Shown here: one piece after another, positions 1 to 9,585 of the stretch | How the letters are laid out: the number at the start of each line of letters is the position of its first letter | Numbering within the stretch: the stretch's first letter is position 1 | Source: Patescibacteria group bacterium | GTDB taxonomy: Bacteria; Patescibacteriota; Patescibacteriia; JACRDY01 | Length of the DNA stretch: 64,000 nucleotides | Direction of reading: 5' to 3' | Assembly (NCBI GenBank): GCA_041653535.1 | Contig: JBAZFH010000001.1 | Coordinates: forward strand, 86,175-150,174 | The notes under the pieces: generated by a model | What the model saw: the letters and a program-made list of their open reading frames with translations, nothing else | Databases searched by the model: none | What the model was told of the DNA's origin: nothing | Program-made: the position numbers and the translations under genes

Positions 1-1017
1 TACTACGCCCAAGCTTTTTATGGCGTGCAATTCACTCTGCAAACCACCGTTAACAAAAACTACTTGCTCGTCGGGGCTATGCGGTCGGGCAGAACGGAAA
101 GTACGCGTAACGTCGGCGTCGCTCTGGCAGACAAGTTCTCGCTCAACTTCAATGATTCTTGCCGTACCTATCTGGTTGAACCGCGTTCCAACGAAAACCA
201 ACTGAGTATTACCAATCAATGGTTGGAATACTCTACCTATCTTTTTGCCACCAAGACCGCCAGTGATACCACTATACGGTTTTCCTCTGGTCAAAAAATA
301 GGTGAAGTTTACTTCGACGATGTTTCTCTCGAAGAATTGTCTTCGCTCCGTCTGCCGAAGACTTCGGTGTGGTTTTTCTATGATGGTGCCAAGGCCTATG
401 CCAAAGTCATTTATGGTCAAGGTTCCAGTATCCCCGGCTTTTACGGCGTTCCTCCCAGTCCTCAAAAGCTCGTTGTATTTATCGATGGCTACGGTATTTA
501 CGATACCCAAAACATCGATTTAAACAACGGTAACCTGATTCGTTTGCCGGTAGACAGCCGTTACAAAAAAGCTGCTTTCTACCTGGTTAACGCCAATAAC
601 AGTCAGAACTGGTTTAACGCCTGGGCTTGGCAGATTAACGGCGCCGTCAATGAAAATGGTTGGTTGAATTTTTCCCAGATTATCCCGTCTAACAACTTGA
701 GCGTACCCAAAATTACTTTCACTTCCACGCAAGTGAAAGTAACTTACAACGTCGGTTCCACGGGAAATATCGAAGGAATCTTTGATCCTATTGACCCTTC
801 TCGTGCGATACAGATATTTTTCTTTGTCGACGGCAGAGGTGTCTACGATCGACAAGACTTTAATCTGTCGGCAGGCAATACCTTCAACCTACCGTCTACC
901 TTCTCCCAAGGCACTTTCTACATTCTTGATCGGGTCAATGTACAACATTGGTTCGATATCTCCAAGTGGCAAGTCCAGGGTGGATCGGCAAACGGTGGGT
1001 GGTTTAAATGGAAGTAA
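1..1017 (+). CDS. C-terminal fragment of a larger hypothetical (likely secreted) protein with two ~100-aa aromatic/Gly-rich internal repeats. The ORF is open to the window edge, so the 5' end is missing.
   Basis: Frame 1 has no stop from nt 1 to 1017. The repeated blocks are 'F.DG.G.YD.Q...L..GN...LP' and 'NWF....W...G'. No recognisable catalytic motif. Confidence 0.45.
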   Translation, partial: YYAQAFYGVQFTLQTTVNKNYLLVGAMRSGRTESTRNVGVALADKFSLNFNDSCRTYLVEPRSNENQLSITNQWLEYSTYLFATKTASDTTIRFSSGQKIGEVYFDDVSLEELSSLRLPKTSVWFFYDGAKAYAKVIYGQGSSIPGFYGVPPSPQKLVVFIDGYGIYDTQNIDLNNGNLIRLPVDSRYKKAAFYLVNANNSQNWFNAWAWQINGAVNENGWLNFSQIIPSNNLSVPKITFTSTQVKVTYNVGSTGNIEGIFDPIDPSRAIQIFFFVDGRGVYDRQDFNLSAGNTFNLPSTFSQGTFYILDRVNVQHWFDISKWQVQGGSANGGWFKWK

Positions 1018-1159
1018 CGGTTAAATTTCAACCCATGACAAGAAAGGAAGCTAAACCAAAGCAATCCACACATCACTAAATACCCCCAAGAGTCCAAGAC
1101 TTTTGGGGGTTTATTTTTGTCATAGCTTTGCTATAATTAGGATAAATAAGGTAAATACT

Positions 1160-1999
1160 ATGTCAAAAATTCTCATTATCGAAGACGAAGAATCATTGTC
1201 CGATATGTATCGGTTGCGTCTTGAAAAAGAAGGTTATCAGATTTTTACCGCCAGTCGCGGTAAACAGGGAATTGAGATTGCCAAAAAAGAACAGCCGGAT
1301 TTAATTTTGCTTGATATTGTTATGCCGGAGATGGACGGCTATGAAGTTTTGGAAAAATTAAAATCCGACAATAAGACAAAAAACTTGAGAGTGTTTTTTT
1401 TGACTAATATGGGTCAGGACGAAGAAATAAAACGCGGCATGGACTTGGGAGCCGAAAGTTATATTATTAAATCCAGCCTTACTCCCAGCGCTTTGGTTTT
1501 ACGTTTGCAAGAAAAACTTGGAATTCAATCGTCGGCAATTACAAAGGAAAATAAAAATATTGTCAGTGGTGATAAAAAAGATGAGTTGGGCGTGCAAAGC
1601 TGTAAGGGCGTTCGGTTGTTAATGATAGAAGACAACGAGGCAATAATTGATATGTATAAACTACGTTTGGAAAAAGAAGGGGTGATTGTAGAGGTGGCTA
1701 AAAACGGTGCCTGGGGTCTGAAAGCGGCGGAAAAAGGAATTTATGACATTATTTTATTAGATATGGTTATGCCGGCATTGCATGGTCTAGAGACAATCAA
1801 GGTCTTGAAAAAAAATTCAAAGACTGCTAATATACCGGTGCTTGTTTTTTCTAACTCAGCTCAGGAAGGTGATATGAAAGAAGCCAAAGCAGCGGGTGCG
1901 GAAAATTATTTCATAAAATCAGATATTACTCCCGCAACGTTAATTAGGGAGATTAAAAAATATTGTCCGGTTGTTTTGTTAAAAAAAACGGACAGCTAA
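1160..1999 (+). CDS. Response regulator with two tandem receiver (REC) domains and no output domain
   Basis: Two copies of the CheY-like pattern: 'ILIIEDEE...LLDIVMPEMDG...FFLTN' and 'LLMIEDNE...LLDMVMPALHG...LVFSN'. ATG at 1160 is preceded by an AGGA-like RBS; the ORF track starts earlier at 1103. Confidence 0.8.
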   Translation: MSKILIIEDEESLSDMYRLRLEKEGYQIFTASRGKQGIEIAKKEQPDLILLDIVMPEMDGYEVLEKLKSDNKTKNLRVFFLTNMGQDEEIKRGMDLGAESYIIKSSLTPSALVLRLQEKLGIQSSAITKENKNIVSGDKKDELGVQSCKGVRLLMIEDNEAIIDMYKLRLEKEGVIVEVAKNGAWGLKAAEKGIYDIILLDMVMPALHGLETIKVLKKNSKTANIPVLVFSNSAQEGDMKEAKAAGAENYFIKSDITPATLIREIKKYCPVVLLKKTDS

Positions 2000-2010
2000 A
2001 AAATAAAAAC

Positions 2011-2199
2011 ATGAAAGTTTTAGTTGACAAAGACAAATGCATTGGCTGCGGTAGCTGCGTCAGCGTTTGTCCAGAAGTATTCGAGCTTAGTGCCAATGGT
2101 AAAGCCGAGATAAAAACAGGAGCTGATCTGGAAGCGCATAAGGATAAGGTACAAGAGGCAGTTGATGTTTGTCCGGTACAAGCAATTTCGGTAGAATGA
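2011..2199 (+). CDS. Small 4Fe-4S ferredoxin
   Basis: 62 aa with the motif 'CIGCGSCVSVCP ... CPVQAI' (CxxCxxC...CP), typical of single-cluster ferredoxins. ATG at 2011. Confidence 0.7.
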   Translation: MKVLVDKDKCIGCGSCVSVCPEVFELSANGKAEIKTGADLEAHKDKVQEAVDVCPVQAISVE

Positions 2200-2233
2200 T
2201 CTTTTGCAGGCGGCGCTGTCCGTCTGCTTTTGT

Positions 2234-2315
2234 GCGCGGGTGGCGAAATTGGTAGACGCACTACCTTGAGGTGGTAGCGCCGCAAGGCTTGGAGGTTCGA
2301 GTCCTCTCCCGCGCA
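2234..2315 (+). tRNA. tRNA-Leu (anticodon GAG), long variable arm
   Basis: Cloverleaf: acceptor gcgcggg/cccgcgc, anticodon stem ctacc/ggtag with loop ttGAGgt, long variable arm, T-arm ggagg-ttcgagt-cctct. Confidence 0.85.
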
Positions 2316-2332
2316 TTGAAAAATATTTTTTT

Positions 2333-2409
2333 GGGCAACTAGCTCAGTTGGTTAGAGCATCTCGTTTACACCGAGAGGGTCAGGGGTTCGAATCCCTTGT
2401 TGCCCACCA
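2333..2409 (+). tRNA. tRNA-Val (anticodon TAC), CCA encoded
   Basis: Acceptor gggcaac/gttgccc, anticodon stem tctcg/cgaga with loop ttTACac, T-loop ttcgaat, 3' 'acca'. Confidence 0.85.
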
Positions 2410-2652
2410 TTTAACTTTTTTGATGATAAATTCAGATATCCTCAAAATCATATTGGCGTTAAGGTGAAGTTGGTGTGTTTTATTTTATAAGCAGCGGGTA
2501 ATGGATTTAGATTCTATATTGTTTTATAGTAATATTGGGTGCTCCGTCAAATGGCGGGGTTTTTGTTTAGAACGGTTTTGGCGCAAGAGCGCATTTGATT
2601 TTTTGTTGAAAATTGGATAATCTTAAGGTAGTAATAAAAGTATTTTTAGAAA

Positions 2653-4101
2653 ATGTTTATGAGCGAAATATCGTTTTATAATACCCTTGGCAGAAGAATT
2701 GAAAAGTTCAAACCATTGGAAAAGGATAGTGTCAAAATATATAGCTGCGGTCCGACCGTTTATAACTATGTCCATTTGGGCAATATTCGCGCTTATGTTT
2801 TTGTTGATTTACTGAAAAGATATTTGCGTTATCGCGGGTATAAAGTTGAACATGTCATGAATATTACCGATGTTGATGACAAAACAATTCGTGACAGTCA
2901 GAAAAGCGGTAAAACGTTAAAAGAGTTTACCGATTTTTATCTACAAGCCTTTATTGATGATTTACAAGTGATGAATATTTTGTTGCCAGATGTTATGCCA
3001 AAAGCAACGGATCATATGTCGGAAATCGTTGATTTGGTGGAAAAATTAACAAAAAATGGTTACACTTATCGTTCCGGCGATTCTGTTTATTACAAAATTT
3101 CTCAATTCAAAAATTATGGTGAGCTAGCGCAGCTAGACAAGCAAATTCTTAAAAGTAACGCCTCTGGTCGGTTAAATGACAAAGATGAATATGAAAAAGA
3201 GCAGGTCAATGATTTTGTTTTGTGGAAAGCCTGGCAGCCGGAAGATGGAGAGGTTTATTGGCAGACGCGTATCGGTAAAGGACGACCGGGCTGGCATATC
3301 GAATGTTCAGCAATGTCAATGAAAAATTTAGGTGAAAGTTTTGATATTCACTGCGGTGGTGTTGATTTAATTTTCCCACATCATACCAATGAGATTGCTC
3401 AATCAGAGGCGGCAACCGGTAAAAAATTTGTTAATTATTGGTTGCATAATGCCCATTTGACCGTTGATGGTCAAAAAATGGCGAAATCATTAGGTAACTT
3501 TTATACCCTAAAAGATTTAAAAGAAAAAGGGTATGATCCATTGCTTTTGCGGTTTATTTTGCTCAAAACCCATTATCGTCAAACATTAAATTTTAGTTTT
3601 TCCGATTTTGACGAGGCAAAAAGCATTGTCGAAAAATTTATTAATCTTTTAACTATTTTGGATACAATTAAAGATGGTGGTAATAATGATGGCGGGGTAA
3701 AAAAAGAACTGAAAAAAATAATTGGTAGTTGCGACGAAAAATTTATTGCGGCTATGGATGACGATCTTAACGTCAGCTTGGCACTTGCCGCGGTTTATGA
3801 ATTTATCAACGAGGTCAATAAAATTATTAATCAGATGACGGTAGGTGATGCTGAACTGGCGAAAGATTTTATCGACAAGCTCGACAGCGTGTTAGGCTTT
3901 GTTAATTCTTTTTATAGCAAGCATGTTTTTTTGCTCAGTCAAAAAATAAACAATCCGCAGTTGCATGAAATTTTGATAAAAAGAGAAGAGGCGCGAGCGC
4001 AAAAAGATTATGCTGCGGCAGACGAGCTGAGAAAAGAAGCTCTCGATCTTGGATTTATTATCGAAGATACTAGCGACGGTTATAGAATAAAAATAAAATA
4101 A
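2653..4101 (+). CDS. cysS: Cysteinyl-tRNA synthetase
   Basis: Class I aaRS HIGH-like motif 'CGPTVYNYVHLGN', 'KMAKSLGNF' (KMSKS), and the CysRS zinc-binding region 'WHIECSAM'. Length 482 aa. Confidence 0.9.
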   Translation: MFMSEISFYNTLGRRIEKFKPLEKDSVKIYSCGPTVYNYVHLGNIRAYVFVDLLKRYLRYRGYKVEHVMNITDVDDKTIRDSQKSGKTLKEFTDFYLQAFIDDLQVMNILLPDVMPKATDHMSEIVDLVEKLTKNGYTYRSGDSVYYKISQFKNYGELAQLDKQILKSNASGRLNDKDEYEKEQVNDFVLWKAWQPEDGEVYWQTRIGKGRPGWHIECSAMSMKNLGESFDIHCGGVDLIFPHHTNEIAQSEAATGKKFVNYWLHNAHLTVDGQKMAKSLGNFYTLKDLKEKGYDPLLLRFILLKTHYRQTLNFSFSDFDEAKSIVEKFINLLTILDTIKDGGNNDGGVKKELKKIIGSCDEKFIAAMDDDLNVSLALAAVYEFINEVNKIINQMTVGDAELAKDFIDKLDSVLGFVNSFYSKHVFLLSQKINNPQLHEILIKREEARAQKDYAAADELRKEALDLGFIIEDTSDGYRIKIK

Positions 4102-4106
4102 AAAAT

Positions 4107-4355
4107 ATGGCAAAAGTTATCATCGGTTTTTTGGCGATAGTTTTAGGCGGGATAATGGTTTGGAAGGCGGAGTGGCTTTACCAAAATTTTGGCGCAAACG
4201 CTTGGGCAGAAAAAACCTTGGGTACGGAAGGCGGCAGCAGATTATTTTATAAATTAATCGGTTTGGTTATTATTTTAGTTGGTATTTTAACCATGACTGG
4301 TCTTATTCAGGGGATAATACTTTCTATCTTTAGTAAAATTTTTATGATAAAATAG
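4107..4355 (+). CDS. Small hypothetical membrane protein (2 TM)
   Basis: 82-aa hydrophobic ORF immediately downstream of cysS. No motif recognised. Confidence 0.35.
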   Translation: MAKVIIGFLAIVLGGIMVWKAEWLYQNFGANAWAEKTLGTEGGSRLFYKLIGLVIILVGILTMTGLIQGIILSIFSKIFMIK

Positions 4356-4361
4356 GGGCAT

Positions 4362-4919
4362 ATGGAAGAAGTTAGTGGCGGTAAACAATTTATTAAATCA
4401 GAAAAGGTGTTGCAAGAAATAGGGGTAAAACCCGGTGATCGTATCGCTGATATGGGTTGTGGCGCTCTGGGTTATTTTACTTTTGCCGCGGCAAAAGTAG
4501 TGGGTAAAAACGGTTTGATTTATGCGATAGACGTGAGACAAATCGTTTTGGAAGGTATTCGTAATCGTGCTCGGATTGATGGTTTGACAAATATCGAAAC
4601 GATTTGGGCTAACCTGGAAATCATCAAATCAACCGGCATTGCCGATGTCAGTGTCGATTTATCTTTTTTATTTAATGTTTTATTTCAAAATAAAAAACGC
4701 GAAGAAATTTTAACCGAAGCAATTCGTATTCTGCGACCCGGAGGGCGTTTAGCGGTAATTGATTGGTTGGGAGAAAAAAACCCTTTTGGTCCGCAAGTAG
4801 ATGCTTTGGTTAATAAGCAAGGTATTTTACAGTTTTGTAAAAAATTTAGTCTAACGTTGGAAAAAGAATTTAATCCAAGCAGTTATCATTTTGGTTTGTT
4901 GTTTATAAAAAATAAATAA
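4362..4919 (+). CDS. Class I SAM-dependent methyltransferase
   Basis: Motif I 'IADMGCGALGY' (DxGxGxG) and post-I 'LRPGGRLAVIDW'. Confidence 0.6.
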   Translation: MEEVSGGKQFIKSEKVLQEIGVKPGDRIADMGCGALGYFTFAAAKVVGKNGLIYAIDVRQIVLEGIRNRARIDGLTNIETIWANLEIIKSTGIADVSVDLSFLFNVLFQNKKREEILTEAIRILRPGGRLAVIDWLGEKNPFGPQVDALVNKQGILQFCKKFSLTLEKEFNPSSYHFGLLFIKNK

Positions 4920-4927
4920 AATTATTT

Positions 4928-5347
4928 ATGATTGATTGGAGCGGTTTACTCACTTTTAATTTTTGGTTTGCCCGTCAGCCGGGCGCTTTAGCTGGTCCGA
5001 TAACCAAATTTTTATTGGTTGTTTTTGGTCTTTGTTTGGTTACGGCAGTGATTCTTTATTTCGTTTCCCGGTCAAAGCGTGGTAATAAAGCAGTTTTTCG
5101 TATCTTCCGTAAAATTAAAAGCTTGCTTACCACTATGGGTATTTTTGGTTTTATAATTTTATTTTTATTTTGGCAGCAAGTGCCTTATTTATCTTCACGA
5201 TTTTGGTTGATTGTTTGGGTTTTAGTCGCATGTATCTGGGCGGGATTTGTGGGTCAGTTTGGATTTTTTGAAGCACCAAAAATAGTCGCAGCTGAAAAAG
5301 AAAAAGAAGCTAAGCTTAAATACTTGCCTCCGAGAAGGAAGAAATAG
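4928..5347 (+). CDS. Hypothetical membrane protein
   Basis: 139-aa ORF with 3-4 predicted TM segments and a K/E-rich tail. Confidence 0.35.
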   Translation: MIDWSGLLTFNFWFARQPGALAGPITKFLLVVFGLCLVTAVILYFVSRSKRGNKAVFRIFRKIKSLLTTMGIFGFIILFLFWQQVPYLSSRFWLIVWVLVACIWAGFVGQFGFFEAPKIVAAEKEKEAKLKYLPPRRKK

Positions 5348-5378
5348 TCTGAAGTTATATACAAAGCGTTTTAATAAA

Positions 5379-5404
5379 GGCCCGCCGAAAGGTGGGTTTT
5401 TTGG
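5379..5404 (+). terminator. Rho-independent terminator
   Basis: Hairpin 'ggcccgccgaaaggtggg' followed by 'tttttt'. Confidence 0.5.
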
Positions 5405-5487
5405 ATGGCACGAGGCGAATGGCACGAGGCACGCTGCCGGGGGAGAGTTTAGAAATATTTAATCTAGGTTCTGTTAGGATTTCTGAT

Positions 5488-5877
5488 ATGAATAAGAAGT
5501 TCATGGTCGACCGCGCGCTGCGTGCCTCGCGCCATAAGCTAATCGTCGGTCGTTGGGGGGAGGGAATTGCTTGTGATTTTCTGTTTCGTCGCGGTTATCT
5601 TATGGTCGAGCGCAATTTTCATTCCCGCAACGGCGAGATAGATATTGTTGCGCGTAAAGACGACATTTTTTATTTTATTGAAGTAAAAACCAGAACCACG
5701 GAAAAGTTTGGCCAGCCCGAAGAAGCTTTTGATTGGCGCAAGCAAAAAAAGATAGAAGAAACCATCGGTGACTACATTTTTTTTCGAAGTCTTGATATTG
5801 AAGAATGGCGGGTGGGACTGATCAGTATATTAGTTAGCGGTAAAGATAGAGTAAAAATAAGGTTTTTTTGTAAATAA
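5488..5877 (+). CDS. yraN: YraN/UPF0102-family PD-(D/E)xK endonuclease-like protein
   Basis: 'GEGIACDFLFRRGYLMVERNFHSRNGEIDIVARKDDIFYFIEVKTR' matches the conserved UPF0102 core (G..GE..A, E.D, E.K). Start uncertain: 5392, 5488 or 5506. Confidence 0.65.
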   Translation: MNKKFMVDRALRASRHKLIVGRWGEGIACDFLFRRGYLMVERNFHSRNGEIDIVARKDDIFYFIEVKTRTTEKFGQPEEAFDWRKQKKIEETIGDYIFFRSLDIEEWRVGLISILVSGKDRVKIRFFCK

Positions 5878-5923
5878 AAAAACCGTCCCACTTTACAGTG
5901 GAACGATTTTGGTTGATGGGGTT

Positions 5924-6352
5924 TTAGGGAATTACGATCTCATCGAGGTCGACTCCAAAGACATGAGTCATCTCATGATATTTCTCGGGGTACAGATCGC
6001 GCCAGCGTAGTGGCGGCAGTTCGCGACCGTTTTCGCGCAGAGTGTCGCGATCACACATGATGGCAAAGACGATGTTGCCCATGTTTATTTGGAGTATGAA
6101 CGCGTTGACGTTGCCGTTCTGATCGGTCGATTCTGCCACTGCCGTTGCCACTCGAGCGCTCGGCGGAGTTTCGGCGGTCAGAATCAATGCTTCTTCTTTG
6201 GTCACGCCCTTGGCCACGACCTTTTCGCGCGCCTGACGTTCGTCAGTATAATGCCGGTTAAAATTTTCTTCATCTTCGTAGGCGGCATAAGTGCGAACCC
6301 CGGCGTAGCCTTCGACTGCAGCAGTGTACTCAAATACCACAATAAACATCAA
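5924..6352 (-). CDS. Hypothetical protein encoded in a locally GC-rich (~55%) block
   Basis: 142-aa ORF on the minus strand. No confident family assignment; the 'MMFIVVFEY' beta-alpha start is weakly reminiscent of ABM/Dabb-like barrels. Confidence 0.35.
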   Translation of the reverse strand: MMFIVVFEYTAAVEGYAGVRTYAAYEDEENFNRHYTDERQAREKVVAKGVTKEEALILTAETPPSARVATAVAESTDQNGNVNAFILQINMGNIVFAIMCDRDTLRENGRELPPLRWRDLYPEKYHEMTHVFGVDLDEIVIP

Positions 6353-6511
6353 TCCTCTCCCTTCTTCGTTTGTTTTTTTGTTAAGTATTTTAGGTTTTCT
6401 AGTTGTTTTTTGAAGATTTTATATCTTATTATATCAACTCAATAATGTCAAGCGTTGGTGGTAAAAGAAAAAAATCGCCATTAATACTAACGGCGATTTA
6501 GATTTTTATTG

Positions 6512-6913
6512 TTAGTCGTGACCAAAATGCCATGACTGTAAATAGGGATCGGGATAATCCTGATGGTCTTTAGTGATTATTTTTTGGTTTTTGGACATAA
6601 TGTCAAGAGTCGCTTGGAGTAGGTGGTCGTCGTGGTCGTTAACGCCCAGCCAGGCAGACAGTTCTGCCAGAGTTGCCGAATAATGTACTTTTAAATAGTA
6701 ATAAACAGCTTCTTGAGCAAAGGTTTGTGCGGGGTGGCATTTTTTTGAAACTGAACCAGGAGAAAAAATTTGTACGCCCAGTTCTTTCGCCCGACTGGCA
6801 AAGCGGTTTGCCTGGGCTTGGCGCATTGTTATTACCGCGATTATTATTGCAGCCCAAATAGCGAGAGTGATCAAAACGCAAATGCCGCCGATTAAGAGAG
6901 GATGCACATTCAC
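6512..6913 (-). CDS. Hypothetical membrane-anchored protein
   Basis: 133 aa with an N-terminal TM 'LLIGGICVLITLAIWAAIIIAVI'. GC higher than the window average. Confidence 0.35.
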   Translation of the reverse strand: MNVHPLLIGGICVLITLAIWAAIIIAVITMRQAQANRFASRAKELGVQIFSPGSVSKKCHPAQTFAQEAVYYYLKVHYSATLAELSAWLGVNDHDDHLLQATLDIMSKNQKIITKDHQDYPDPYLQSWHFGHD

Positions 6914-7114
6914 CTCCTTGTTTTAATTGTGTTGTTTTAAGATTACTTTATTGATTGTTTTTTGGCAAATTTGACAAAAATAATCGTTTGATATATAATA
7001 ATATTATTAAGGTCACCTCCTATAAAGAGAGTGATTTTTTCTTTACCTTTTATCGGTTTGTTTAATTAACCAATTTAAATTATAATTAAAACACTAATTT
7101 ATTTTTAGAAAAAT

Positions 7115-8413
7115 ATGGCACAATCTCCAATAATGGCGGCGATCCAACAGATCTGCCAGGAAAAAAACCTCAGTCCTGAAGCGGTAATCGAGACTATCGA
7201 AGCGGCTCTCGCCGCTGCTTACCGTAAGGATTTTGGTCAAAAAAATCAGAACATCAAAGTCGAGTACGATCCGGAAAACGGAGAGTCTCGGGTTTTTGAT
7301 GTGAAAAATGTTGTCGAAGACGAGCTGAAAGAAAAAGCCGAAGCCGAAGCAGCCGAACGTCAGGCAGCTATTGATCGTGGCGAAGAGCCGCCAGTACGTG
7401 AAGCAACCCCAGAGTTAGAAGATGGTGAAGAGGGTGAGCTGCGTTACAATCCTAAGCTTCATATTTCTTTTACTGATGCCAAGGAAATAAAACCGGATGC
7501 CAAAGTCGGTGACGAGATTCGTGTTGAGCTGCAAGTGCCGGCTGATTACGGTCGTATGGCGGCTCAGACTGCTAAGCAGGTGATTATCCAGCGTTTGCGT
7601 GAAGCCGAACGCAGCACTATCTTTGATGAGTTTAAAGACAAGCAAGGTCAAGTGCTTGCCGGTACTGTTCAACGCCGTGAAGGTCGCAATGTTTTGATTG
7701 ATATCGGAAAAGTAGTCGGTATTATGCCGCCGGAAGAGCAAGTAGAAAGAGAACGTTACAATATCGGCAATCGTATTAAGGTTTATATTATTTCTGTTGC
7801 TCTTGGTTCTCGTGGTCCGGAAATCATCGTTTCTCGCAAAAGTCCGGAAATCATCCGCGAACTTTTCACCATGGAGATTCCGGAAATCGCTAACGGTTCT
7901 ATTGAGATTAAGGGCATTGCCCGCGAAGCCGGTGGTCGCAGTAAAGTAGCGGTTTATACTGAGGAAGAAAATATTGATCCGATCGGTTCTTGCGTCGGTC
8001 AGCGCGGTGCCAGAGTTCAGACTATTATTTCCGAGCTGTCCGGTGAAAAAATAGATATTATTGAATGGAAAGAAAACCCGTCAGAATATATTGCCAATGC
8101 TTTATTGCCGGCAAAAATTATCAGTATTGAAATAAGAGAAGAAACCAAAGAAGCGGCTGCTACAGTGGATACTGATCAACTGTCACTTGCCATCGGCAAA
8201 CAAGGTCAAAACGTCCGTTTAGCTTCCAGGTTGACTGGCTATCGTATCAGTATTATTGAAGTGAAGGGCGGAGAGAAACGTGAACTGACTGCCGAAGAAA
8301 TCGAGCAAGGTCTGATTGATACTGCCAATAAAAAAGACAGTGAAGCAGGGTTAGTTGCTGCAGAAGGAGAGGTGGAAGTAAAAAGCGAGGATATATCAGA
8401 AACTAAAGAGTAG
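7115..8413 (+). CDS. nusA: Transcription termination/antitermination factor NusA
   Basis: N-terminal NusA domain, S1 'GQVLAGTVQRREGRNVLIDIG', KH1/KH2 ('GSCVGQRGARVQ', 'AIGKQGQNVRLAS'). An acidic insertion follows the N-terminal domain. Confidence 0.9.
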   Translation: MAQSPIMAAIQQICQEKNLSPEAVIETIEAALAAAYRKDFGQKNQNIKVEYDPENGESRVFDVKNVVEDELKEKAEAEAAERQAAIDRGEEPPVREATPELEDGEEGELRYNPKLHISFTDAKEIKPDAKVGDEIRVELQVPADYGRMAAQTAKQVIIQRLREAERSTIFDEFKDKQGQVLAGTVQRREGRNVLIDIGKVVGIMPPEEQVERERYNIGNRIKVYIISVALGSRGPEIIVSRKSPEIIRELFTMEIPEIANGSIEIKGIAREAGGRSKVAVYTEEENIDPIGSCVGQRGARVQTIISELSGEKIDIIEWKENPSEYIANALLPAKIISIEIREETKEAAATVDTDQLSLAIGKQGQNVRLASRLTGYRISIIEVKGGEKRELTAEEIEQGLIDTANKKDSEAGLVAAEGEVEVKSEDISETKE

Positions 8414-8446
8414 ATAATAATTATAATCAAAAAATAAAAAACTTTT

Positions 8447-9244
8447 ATGGTTGCATTATATCAAATGGTTATTTATCAGCCATTATTCAATATCTTAGTC
8501 TGGCTTTACAACGTTATTCCTGGTCATGACGTTGGTATCGCTATTATTTTATTGACTATTGTGGTCAAACTAATTTTGTATCCTTTTTCATTGCAATCGA
8601 TCCGTGCGCAAAAATCAATGCAGGCACTGCAACCCAAGCTCGACGAGCTAAAGAAGAAGTATAAAGACGACAAGGAAAAACTATCGCAAGAAATGATGAA
8701 GCTTTACAAGGACGAAAAGGTAAATCCGTTTTCTTCGTGTTTGCCGGTTTTAGTGCAGCTTCCGATTTTGATTGCGGTTTACCAGGTTTTACGCAATGGA
8801 TTAAGCAACGGCAGTTTTGTCTTGCTTTATCCTTTTATCGCTAATCCCGGGCAAATCGGTCTAATTGCTTTTGGCTTTCTTGATCTTAGTAAACCAAATA
8901 TGGTATTGGCTGTCTTGGCTGGCTTAGCTCAATATTGGCAAACCACCATGGTTCAGGTGCAACAGCCGCCGAAAACTAAAGATGGCAAAGTACTTGCCGG
9001 AGCTAAAGATGAAAACGTTATGGCAACGATGAATAAGCAAATGAAATATACCATGCCATTAATAACGATTATAATCGGTTTTAGTTTACCCGGTGGTTTG
9101 ACTCTTTATTGGTTGATTATGACCTTGCTTACTGTTTTGCAGCAATATGTCGTTTTTCGTAAGGTGAACAAAGGGGAAAAGCCAAAAAATGATGGTAATA
9201 ATCATCCAGACGTAAAAGTGATTGAAGGAGAAATTATTAAATAA
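8447..9244 (+). CDS. yidC: Membrane protein insertase YidC/Oxa1 family (short Gram-positive-type)
   Basis: 'LTIVVKLILYPFSLQSIRAQKSMQALQPKLDELKKKYKDDKEKLSQEMMKLYKDEKVNPFSSCLPVLVQLPILIAVYQVL' carries the YidC signature. Confidence 0.85.
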   Translation: MVALYQMVIYQPLFNILVWLYNVIPGHDVGIAIILLTIVVKLILYPFSLQSIRAQKSMQALQPKLDELKKKYKDDKEKLSQEMMKLYKDEKVNPFSSCLPVLVQLPILIAVYQVLRNGLSNGSFVLLYPFIANPGQIGLIAFGFLDLSKPNMVLAVLAGLAQYWQTTMVQVQQPPKTKDGKVLAGAKDENVMATMNKQMKYTMPLITIIIGFSLPGGLTLYWLIMTLLTVLQQYVVFRKVNKGEKPKNDGNNHPDVKVIEGEIIK

Positions 9245-9258
9245 AAAATTTTATTGTT

Positions 9259-9582
9259 GTGCTTATTAATGCCAAAAAAATAATTACGTTACCCGTTTAT
9301 ACTAAAAGCGGGCAGTTTTTGGGTGAGGTGACTGATATCGAGATTGACAGTGATGGACAAATGGTGATTAATTATTTTGTCGGTAGCGCCGGAGTAATAA
9401 AAAAATTATTTGTCGTCGATAGTTTAGTGGTTCATCGCAGTCAGATAGTGTCTATTAGTAATGAGAAAATAATTGTTGAAGATAATGTTGCTAAAAAAAT
9501 AGAAGAAACATTAATTGATAAACAGATTGGCATGGAGACAAGCGAAACCGTTGTTACGTCTAATTCTTTTACTCAAAAATAA
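9259..9582 (+). CDS. PRC-barrel-like small protein (GTG start)
   Basis: 107 aa with beta-rich 'LPVYTKSGQFLGEVTDIEIDSDGQMVINYFV', resembling the PRC barrel/YlmC-YmxH fold. Weak call. Confidence 0.4.
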   Translation: MLINAKKIITLPVYTKSGQFLGEVTDIEIDSDGQMVINYFVGSAGVIKKLFVVDSLVVHRSQIVSISNEKIIVEDNVAKKIEETLIDKQIGMETSETVVTSNSFTQK

Positions 9583-9585
9583 AAA

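Noticed and set aside
2410-2652. Possible T-box leader upstream of cysS. The ~240-nt leader has 'tgatga' near the 5' end and 'ttgggtgctccgtcaaatggcggggttttt' (terminator-like) near the 3' end.
   Set aside because: The candidate T-box sequence 'GGGTGCTCCG' matches the conserved AGGGUGGNACCGCG poorly. No clear specifier loop with UGC or AGAGA/GNUGA motifs could be confirmed by eye. It is more likely just a terminator for the tRNA genes.
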